A stretch of DNA of 39,838 nt. Source: a virus (lineage: Duplodnaviria; Caudoviricetes). Under the pieces are notes generated by a model. It saw only the letters and a program-made list of their open reading frames with translations, made no database searches and had not been told where the DNA came from. Positions 36,801 to 39,838 of this stretch are shown one piece after another (within the stretch, counting starts at the first letter, position 1; each line of letters opens with the position of its first letter). The position numbers were made by a program, and so were the translations under genes. The stretch is from IMG/VR virus record IMGVR_UViG_3300017777_001079, positions 1 to 39,838 of that record, one strand, 5' to 3'.

Positions 36801-36861
36801 CACCGCGCAAGCCAAGAAAGACATGAAGGGCCAAGCCCGCAGGCTCGAAAACGCACCTTAA
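24886..36861 (+). CDS. Giant DarB-like polyvalent virion protein (3991 aa): pyrophosphatase-like, N6-adenine MTase, SNF2 helicase, HExxH peptidase, ART-like and LPD38-like regions
   Basis: 'AGNYKKGH..HYGYI..TEGSDGDQVD..FDEHKVM' (~26130-26590); MTase 'FEPGMGVG' (~27790) and 'NPPF' (27988); 'HAVGAGKT' (~30075), 'VDEAH' (~30562), 'ASGTP', 'QRNGRGIRQGN'; 'HESFH' (32917); 'FRRWFGDSKVVD..YHGT..EQIKSATGN.GTF' (33337-33855); 'WRIPKPF' (~36000). Confidence 0.92.
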   Translation: MAEIDDWQTPATGGPQGSMPTAAGAAQPVFAAPAEVDDWVDDWTPEAASGSMTDYPVEFGKGFVEGAKNLPASALKGIGAAQTVRAQDTAMFADAIERAQQGVDPATAIDQVRANPPAMGRIADQPLYQAGKAIEEFGKETLAPRPGFEPGKSWTRDIGSGFGSMAAGIATSMVPFGGPALAGAMFLGSGMGEAVDRAIEHGATEEQALQAAQLGAVAGATDIVDALLPALGSTGKALGFIKRVGLRTVYGALAEGGQEAVQSIIQNAIAKGIYKPEQEYGEGVTRAALIGAIVGGVTSGGVSAAQGRGQQEARARTGAPTATDAVETPRAQQAMDELDAILSGPDDWTAPAPAAAAPEPVPASPTTQADPLQDLDDILAETRPAQVSPEEAMLREQEGMSTFAPSEVVEKIDTAAAETNPEPTAAQKEAGNYKKGHVSLHGLEFTIETPRGAERTGVDFSGKPWTVTLPDHYGYIKKTEGSDGDQVDAYIGPNPESERVFVVDQKDAETGKFDEHKVMVGYETPGQALDTYEAAFSDGRAPDRIRGVTELSVPEFKNWLAEGDTTKPLSSVPRSELTGAVDLKKEASKTGAMLPKTELFLQYGNKRYVVGDFREASEKVTAARDEGMRQGLGGSDFKSPLIVDSNGKVVGYVSWNGRVWPGRPEDWASGVKPIFDNRDSSSEARETGPSDSGMRPKRGGGMEISVDRTDKPEWQTVEEAPEKPSTPSTEPAETADIKSEERADGLQVPVSAGDAQPGAQDVQPIEQGRPAGGTRGAEVERGPSDVSGTDSERAEGRKRLPAGAVRTGGRGAGESGSDRVPEGQRPTDDRGSDQRDPAPAASVEGENYLIEPGALDEARSWKTKAQDNVRAIELVRKIEAEGRPATREEQAQLARYVGWGGIKGVFLDADGKFGKGYEAIGAKVKDLLSPTEYSTARRSIQYAHYTAEDVVRSMWSAAERLGFTGGKVFEPGMGVGNFAGMMSGDLAAKTQYVGLELDHTTARIARLLYPKWGVRRDDFTKAPLPENTFDLVIGNPPFADVAIKSDPKYAKQAFLLHDYFFAKSLDAVRPGGLLMFISSAGTMNKKDPSAREYLADRADFVGAIRLPSNAFAKNAGTEVTTDIIMLRKRLPDETPGDRTWTETVEQTLPSKDGGKITGLVNRYFAEHPDMVLGEPGFFDKLYLNRYAVHARPGFDLKAELAKAVDTLPSGIMSDLQTPTQAAEHDFGSKEKKEGTFYVGPDGNLLQMQAGAGVPVGRRGKGVEGGKTAQEVERIRGLIPVRDALRAVYDADLNSDKENGDRARARLNKEYDAFVKKFGPINKAEIQKRRPNSIQQESARNEAREEARYAGADFDEGTFDPSKMIEAGATLSQIAKARQQAREDAKARGRNFDEGAFDPDEMPDVTIDKRPNVDPFMDDPESYRLRAIEKYDDNTNKASKGAVFTENLITKDRPPTINSVNDAVLYVLNQKGRLDIDAIAALVDKSPSETIQALGDRIYKEPGTRDVWITKDQYLSGNVRKKLLLAKEAAETNPEFQRNVDALEGAQPIPLAPSQIKAKMGMPWIPPETVEEFGRDALGLEEIKVLYVPALAQWMARGDGDSTAATTTWGTSRRSAPQLMNDVLNRQQTKIYDPVRDAEGRPRQELNVTATEKAQEKAAAIQAKFDEWIYADPERSERLAALYNEKYNNLVVREFDGSYLTTPGISKHWSWRPHQTRVVARIIQNGNTYMAHAVGAGKTSAMIGAGMEMKRLGLVRKPMYSVPNHMLGQFTKEFYEQYPTARIAIADERRFHTARRKQFIANVAVEDLDAVIIPHPAMGMIPVSEAFQDGIVQQHIEQYREVLSQIPSVQDTRITRSRIEKQIERLEQRLSGKNNKRRDQVFTFEEMGVDFLFVDEAHLFRKLDFTTQMANLKGVTPEGSGAAWDLYVKTLYLDSQNPGRSLVMASGTPVTNTMAELFTLSRFMQRQELEERGLAQFDAWAGAFGESVTELEQDAAGGYKPVSRFAKFVNVAELSAMVRQAMDVVTSRQLEQYVTRPKLKGGERIMNLAEKTPALERFQANLARRMEAIAKRKGPPKKGDDIMLSVINDGRHAAIDMRLAGGSQADGKSKLDLMIDNVFRIWKETKRQKFYHPKKDGGGYESTPADVGPATQMIFANLGLSGARGFSVPDYIRSELHRRGVPKDQIAYIYNYKSHVARQKLFNDMNEGKVRILIGSTAKMATGVNAQRRLYAIHNQDPLWYPADDEQRNGRGIRQGNMNPEIEINDYSTKGTYDSTMWGLMEKKARFIQGFFEGDPSMRDMEDLGEAGQYAQAKAITTNDPRLIRLTELKQDLERARRRKDGFEQELYALLTRRRREESDRGYWTKRLAQIKADIKARKDVSGDDFTATAGGKTFSKRVEFGEAIMARLDAMAKDPVWESKTKIGEIGGFPLIGTPKKAYDKSVYVDVRMQRSASYESDISSTESALGFVRSAEAKLAGFEREATDAEARIKASDKFLAESADSATRKFQGDAEIAELRKAVSEVEADLARVVTPVDQAMDEELQRVSSLDELQRLGTVDLSTRPRSAMRFPFEPLEEVASLGAGEERFDARRDLTPRAQEKRPLLEKQLTAVVRGIAGPHVRVAFQDKIPLPDSSLKAWGSYTKGVYTAAGTYIPAERLIKIALADPKYRHVASTTLHESFHAVENLLLNDREMAVLKKAEPQLRNIAQGFAELSTEQAAELVPFEVRAIAFEAFADARANKQPVTSFPAATRAIFDRMRIFFERIRNALSGLGFKSAEDVFTDVFRGRMAGRSPSARPFTDAADVKGGAGLVNTNAFRRWFGDSKVVDAEGKPLRVYHGTAGLFDAFDHTKASTSSMHATAYLGHFFSASPEVASGFVPQRWDLTTWPHKVENREGGNVMPVFLKIETPYEMPLSEFRKMVPRGRSKEGLTEVDDLRDRLIAEGYDGIHIVGDRSLVGTMAGDEWSADTYIAFRPEQIKSATGNRGTFDPNNPSILFDIKGGAALDPVALSRFIRGEVAADELAPGQPKWAKVQAYLEANFTAEQREKMGSVLDQVMVGAPDMLETLAPRELATVEKLMGAAGGMPPAPPAPPSGAPGGPGDGARRRILDRIVPSNKNSKRMPTFNQAYTVAKDDLNPLRVLRNELTDGRDIPIEADPYRLARLTRGSFGKAQQMLETGTFAFNGLADTGKGLKPILEPVKNDMDGFRAYMAARRTLELAGRGIRTGIQIGDAATVARQGHAKFGRPFTELVAFQRRVLDYLRDSGVVSPEAYAAMVEANKDYVPFFRLMEGDAEGSSASGRNLKVRDPIRGIKGSDREIIDPIESIIKNTYLYIALAEKNRALTALDDLAQESPKGEEFLRTPKKGMHPITVTEDEVARFLASNGIEAEASAFTIFRPNAFRPAPDEISFFRSGKREVRQVDPDVAKSVKAMDRESFGLVLKILEAPARMLRAGATLSPDFIVRNPVRDQFSAMVFSEHGYIPVYDMARGLGGILRNDAAYQSWLKAGGANSAMVSVDRNYIENNVMQLAQDPTFGDRVKNVVMKPIDFLRMVSELAENATRLGEFKRGIAKGKSPMEAAFSAREITLDFARIGAQMRGANAIVPFFNAQVEGTDREIRGFVKHPFRATFLAAAAITLPSVLLWMANHDDPRYPEIPQWQKDLFWLVFTDKWDAISEEDAKQVPAAYKRLRGNQWEQNNGTIWRIPKPFALGILFGSVPERVLDAYYGDHPNAFKHLGKSIKEAFLPNVFPTIIAPFIEQFSNRSLFTERPIVPKYLEDVLPEYQYAPYTSETAKLLGKALGAMGVDKSAAGSPLVIDNYIRAWTGGLGQYVVAASDKALTATGIVPSKVNPTMTPADMPIIRAFAVRHPSGGAQSIQDFYETYEERRKALGTVRYLTKLGEPDSAGAVSEERNLETAERVHKALGQQMKFARDVAFNRTMTPADKRRLIDTTYLQAIDLAKTGNDIFRATAQAKKDMKGQARRLENAP
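27116..27415 (+). CDS. Nested +1-frame gene within the giant gene; TnpV-like small helical protein (99 aa)
   Basis: GAGGAG at 27103-27108, 7 nt before ATG; about 85 of 99 codons end in G/C (hand count) while the host frame here is A/T-ending and low-complexity; 'APKMFNQLNRAGRLEEHA....NEA..MF..L' and 'EAEEQVKAALI' resemble TnpV. Confidence 0.75.
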   Translation: MDFKFPYLQAMRSQAPKMFNQLNRAGRLEEHAAQKSNEAHRMFQELTANAPKDASGYPREPYAREAEEQVKAALIEFPRDSAQLTIEDQTNAILPRPPL

Positions 36862-37007
36862 GGGACAACGGAAGCCAGCGGCGGAAAATTCACCTACACG
36901 GCCGATCCGTCGATTCTCAATCACGAGTTTACCGCCCGCGCCGAAGCAGAAACAGCAAGGTCTCTCTTTTCCGGAAACTAAATAGTTCTCCGCTGCTGAG
37001 TTTGTAG

Positions 37008-37032
37008 AGCCGTCCTTCGGGGCGGCTTTTTT
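37008..37032 (+). terminator. Intrinsic terminator after the giant gene
   Basis: AGCCGTCC-TTCG-GGGCGGCT followed by TTTTT. Confidence 0.85.
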
Positions 37033-37065
37033 GCGTCGCCCATCAACAATCTGACGAGGCTTAAA

Positions 37066-37599
37066 ATGCGGTCAATCGCCTGCATTATCATTTTCTATTT
37101 GATGTTCGTCATGCCGGTGAAGGCGCAGGATTCCCCGCCTGACCCGGATCGCTATCCCGCCGGTCATTTCCTCGATCATCGGCCGTTCGCAAAGGGTTTT
37201 GGTACCGCGAAGAGATTACGGAGTCCTCCTAGCGGAATACGTTCTTCAACATCGGCCCCCGAGCAGGCGCACGAGCGCGTTTGGGGAGCTATCAAGAAGC
37301 CAGCCACATACATCGCCGGACGGCTGATCTGCGCGCTCAACGTCAATGCGGCGTTAGCGGAAAACGGCATCAGTGGTCCGGGCGGGGCCGATTCAAAAGC
37401 ATTCAGAACATGGGGGCGGCCATCGTCGCCAAAGCCGCTTGCGGTTGCCTTTAACTATCGCAGAGGCGGCGGGCACGTCTCTATCGTTTCGCATGTCGAT
37501 GAACAGGGCCGCGTTTGGGTTTGGAACCCATCCCCGCGCGGTCGCGGCTGGCAACTTCGCATCAACCGCTACGCTTCGACCTATCGAGCGGCCTCGTGA
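37066..37599 (+). CDS. Signal-peptide-bearing CHAP/NlpC-P60-like peptidoglycan hydrolase
   Basis: GAGG RBS; hydrophobic N-terminus ending 'VKA|QD'; 'LICALNVN..L...G..G.G...SKAF..WG' and 'GGGHVSIV' supply a Cys/His pair. Confidence 0.65.
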   Translation: MRSIACIIIFYLMFVMPVKAQDSPPDPDRYPAGHFLDHRPFAKGFGTAKRLRSPPSGIRSSTSAPEQAHERVWGAIKKPATYIAGRLICALNVNAALAENGISGPGGADSKAFRTWGRPSSPKPLAVAFNYRRGGGHVSIVSHVDEQGRVWVWNPSPRGRGWQLRINRYASTYRAAS

Positions 37600-37688
37600 G
37601 GCTTCGCTACGATGATTGGCTTCGCGCCGGCATCGCATCGTTTCTTCTGTCCGGTCTCGTGATCGGCGTTCTATTGGCGCTCTCCTGA
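37596..37688 (+). CDS. Single-TM micropeptide 1 (30 aa)
   Basis: MRLRYDDWLRAGIASFLLSGLVIGVLLALS*; GTGA overlap with the upstream stop. Confidence 0.55.
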   Translation: MRLRYDDWLRAGIASFLLSGLVIGVLLALS

Positions 37689-37771
37689 TGCTCAAAAACC
37701 CTCTCGTCAACGTCTTGGTCGGCGTCGCGCTCGTCGTGCTGATCCTGCTCGCCCTCAGCTATGTCGGATGA
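37688..37771 (+). CDS. Single-TM micropeptide 2 (27 aa)
   Basis: MLKNPLVNVLVGVALVVLILLALSYVG*; TGATG overlap. Confidence 0.65.
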   Translation: MLKNPLVNVLVGVALVVLILLALSYVG

Positions 37772-37842
37772 TGTGGTTCGACTGGATATTGCTCAGTCTC
37801 GTCACTCTCGCGTTTCTTGCTCTCGCATCAATGGATGACTGA
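37768..37842 (+). CDS. Single-TM micropeptide 3 (24 aa)
   Basis: MMWFDWILLSLVTLAFLALASMDD*; ATGA overlap; its stop abuts the ATG at 37843. Confidence 0.55.
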   Translation: MMWFDWILLSLVTLAFLALASMDD

Positions 37843-38532
37843 ATGCCAGAACCAGCATCAATTCGTTACAAAAACCCCGGCGCGATGTGGGGCAGTGCGC
37901 TTGCCATCAAGTGGGGCGCGAATCCGAAGGCTGTCTCGCTCAATGACGGCACCGGGCAGGGCAATAACATTGCCGTGTTCCCAACTTACGTTCAAGGCAT
38001 CTGCGCGCAGCTCGATCTTTGGCGCACCTCCAAGAACTACCGCAACAAGCGCTTCGCGGACGCGATCCACATTTGGTCCGGCGGGAACCACGTCGAAAGC
38101 TATATCAAGTTCGTCTGTGATCGCGTGCCGGGCATGACCCGCGACACCATCATGGACGACACGTTCTGGCGTGGCCCGATGGGTCTTGGGTTCCTGAAGG
38201 CGCAGGCATGGCACGAAGCTGGGAAGCCGTACCCGGCGCCGCCAGCCGATTGGGTCGAAGCACGCCGTATTGCCTTTGCCTTTGCCGACGCGCCGAAGCC
38301 ATCTGACGCGCTGAAGCCATCTGGCAAGACGAAGCCTGCACCGAAGCCGGAGTCCAAGCCTCTCGTAGAGAGCAAGACATTCTGGTCCAGCATTTTAGCC
38401 GCGATCTCGACAATGGGCGGGATACTTACGGATTGGCGGTTCCTGTCAGCCATCGTCGTTATTGCCGCGCTCGCCTACATCGTGTGGGAGCGCAACGGCA
38501 AGCCCGATATTAGAGGGTGGTTCCGGTCATGA
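37843..38532 (+). CDS. Endolysin-like protein (lysozyme-like N domain) with C-terminal membrane helices
   Basis: 'SIRYKNPGAM', 'IAVFPT...G..A...L', 'AI..WSGG', 'A.AWHEAG'; Pro/Lys linker; two hydrophobic segments after 'KPLVESKTFW'. Confidence 0.7.
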   Translation: MPEPASIRYKNPGAMWGSALAIKWGANPKAVSLNDGTGQGNNIAVFPTYVQGICAQLDLWRTSKNYRNKRFADAIHIWSGGNHVESYIKFVCDRVPGMTRDTIMDDTFWRGPMGLGFLKAQAWHEAGKPYPAPPADWVEARRIAFAFADAPKPSDALKPSGKTKPAPKPESKPLVESKTFWSSILAAISTMGGILTDWRFLSAIVVIAALAYIVWERNGKPDIRGWFRS

Positions 38533-38918
38533 TGTGGCTCGTCAATCTTATTACGGGGCCACTCTTCAATACTGCGCTGAAGGCGTGGCAGGCGAAGCTC
38601 GCCGCCGGCAACGAAACCGAACGGCTAGCTGCCGACCTGGCGGCAAAGGAATTGCTGCTGGAGGCGAGGGCGCGCGAGCTGTCGACGCAAGTTCTGCTGG
38701 CCGAGCAGGGTCGCTGGTGGACGGCGCTACCACGTCCGCTGTTCGCCTACATCATGGTGTCCTACTTCGGTAAGGTCGTGGTGTGGGACAAGATGATGGG
38801 CATGGGCGTGACCGACCCGTTGACCGGCAATGTCGGTGAGTGGGCGGGCTGGATCATGATGGCGTATTTTGGCGGGCGCAGTGTGGAGAAGGTCGCGCAG
38901 ATATTCAGGGGCCGGTAA
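38529..38918 (+). CDS. Holin (GTA-type 3-TM holin-like)
   Basis: ATGA overlap; coiled coil then 'WW.ALPRPLFAY', TM segments and 'AYFGGRSVEK' C-terminal motif. Confidence 0.75.
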   Translation: MMWLVNLITGPLFNTALKAWQAKLAAGNETERLAADLAAKELLLEARARELSTQVLLAEQGRWWTALPRPLFAYIMVSYFGKVVVWDKMMGMGVTDPLTGNVGEWAGWIMMAYFGGRSVEKVAQIFRGR

Positions 38919-38980
38919 ACGAGCAAACTAGGTCCACACCCACAACTGGGCCGGCCGCAACAAGAAGTGCTGGAAACAAA

Positions 38981-39277
38981 ATGGCTAACCTGAGCAACAT
39001 CCCGAAGCCCGTGATCGAATGGAAGATCTCGATCGGTGGTCTCATCAACGGAATTCTGATCATCGCCGGCTTTCTGTGGACGGTTGCCGCGTTCACGGCC
39101 AACGCGACCACCAACGCCAACGCGGAAAAAGCGACACTGACCGCTCTCGCGACGACCGTGGTACAGTTAACCGTTACCGACGCCCGCCAAGACAGTCGGC
39201 TTTCCGTGCTCGAGAACGACATTAGGTATATCCGCGAGAGCCTGACGCGCATCGAGACCAACACGAAGAAGAACTAA
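38981..39277 (+). CDS. N-terminal TM plus coiled-coil lysis-region protein (98 aa)
   Basis: 'ISIGGLINGILIIAGFLWTVAAF' TM then heptad-like 'RLSVLENDIRYIRESLTRIE'. Confidence 0.75.
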   Translation: MANLSNIPKPVIEWKISIGGLINGILIIAGFLWTVAAFTANATTNANAEKATLTALATTVVQLTVTDARQDSRLSVLENDIRYIRESLTRIETNTKKN

Positions 39278-39451
39278 TGCCGCCTCGGCACCGGCCAGAC
39301 CATGATTCTGAGCTACTTTTTCGGATCGTCTGCCGGCTCCAAGAATAGCGCGGATCGGTTTGCCTCTCTGGCATCTCAAATCGTTGACAAGCCCAACCCG
39401 TCACCGGCTGCGGTGGTGGCGATCAAGGCGGCAACCAGCAGGAAAAAATGA
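39278..39451 (+). pseudogene. 3' remnant of a second holin gene
   Basis: (CRLGTGQT)MILSYFFGSSAGSK...SRKK*. 'YFFGSS.GS' is a typical phage holin C-terminal motif; its TGA overlaps the next ATG (ATGA). Confidence 0.6.
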
Positions 39452-39798
39452 ACTTGCTGGACATCCAGACCATCAGCCTCATTCTCACGCTGATCGGCAT
39501 GTCGGCCGGCGGGGTGTGGCAGCTCTCACGCGTGGAAAAGGCTCTGCGGGGCGACATCGCGGAGTCGAGGGACGAGGTCGAACGAAAGCAGGACCGGCAC
39601 TCGCAAGAGTTTGGCGAGACGGTCGCCGCGATCCGGCAGAAGGTCGCCGATGTGGAGCTCTACGCCGCTAACAACTATGTCCGTCGTGATGGGTTCTACA
39701 AAGTCCAAGAGCAGATGACCTCTGACATTCGCGCGCTCGGCGACAAGATCGAAGCGCGGTTTGTTCGGCTTGAGACCAAGCTCGACACCAAGACCTGA
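39448..39798 (+). CDS. N-terminal TM plus coiled-coil lysis-region protein (116 aa)
   Basis: AGGA RBS; 'ISLILTLIGMSAGGVW' TM; 'NYVRRD.F' and 'RF.RLETKLD' pattern. Confidence 0.8.
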   Translation: MNLLDIQTISLILTLIGMSAGGVWQLSRVEKALRGDIAESRDEVERKQDRHSQEFGETVAAIRQKVADVELYAANNYVRRDGFYKVQEQMTSDIRALGDKIEARFVRLETKLDTKT

Positions 39799-39838
39799 AA
39801 TCCGTCCGCCCCATCCATCGGCGGACGTGTAGGGCGAC

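Larger units (their letters stand above)
1..39838 (+). mobile_element. Late (packaging, head, tail, ejection, lysis) region of a podovirus-like tailed phage/prophage
   Basis: Co-oriented, tightly packed terS-terL-portal-scaffold-capsid-tail-ejection-lysis order. No tape measure, sheath or tube gene recognisable. No integrase or att site in the window, so prophage versus free phage cannot be decided. Confidence 0.95.

Noticed and set aside
39803-39827. CGTCCGCC-N9-GGCGGACG hairpin as terminator
   Set aside because: No U tract follows and the window ends 11 nt later, so its role cannot be judged.
1-39838. tRNA, rRNA, CRISPR array, integrase or att sites
   Set aside because: No cloverleaf, repeat-spacer array or recombinase motifs recognised by eye.

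Overview
The window is the late (virion morphogenesis and lysis) region of a GC-rich tailed phage or prophage, with all convincing genes on the + strand. No tape-measure, sheath or tube gene is recognisable, so it is probably podovirus-like. The host is probably an alphaproteobacterium (inferred from protein motifs and terminator style). Gene order: terS, terL, a 0.55-kb foreign-looking insert, small ORFs, portal, small ORFs including a KTSC protein and a GroES-like co-chaperonin, scaffold, decoration protein, major capsid protein, beta-helix head fibre, adaptor, Zn-finger protein, tail fibre, Gly-rich adhesin-like protein, second adaptor, nozzle, fibre/spike, internal virion proteins and a GNAT, a 3991-aa DarB-like polyvalent protein, and a mosaic lysis cassette. 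The giant protein carries pyrophosphatase-like, N6-methyltransferase, SNF2 helicase, HExxH peptidase, ADP-ribosyltransferase-like and LPD38-like regions. The most notable observations: (1) an apparently real 99-aa TnpV-like gene nested in the +1 frame inside the giant gene, with its own RBS and dominant codon bias; (2) an ART-like cassette bracketed by 19-bp direct repeats; (3) a shared (F/Y)xxGGxV motif in three probable internal virion proteins; (4) an iteron-like 31-bp inverted repeat plus an excisionase-like fragment between terL and portal; (5) synonymous AATT enrichment in the portal/scaffold genes; (6) three translationally coupled single-TM micropeptides and a holin relic in the lysis region. 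All family assignments come from motif recognition by eye; no searches were run.
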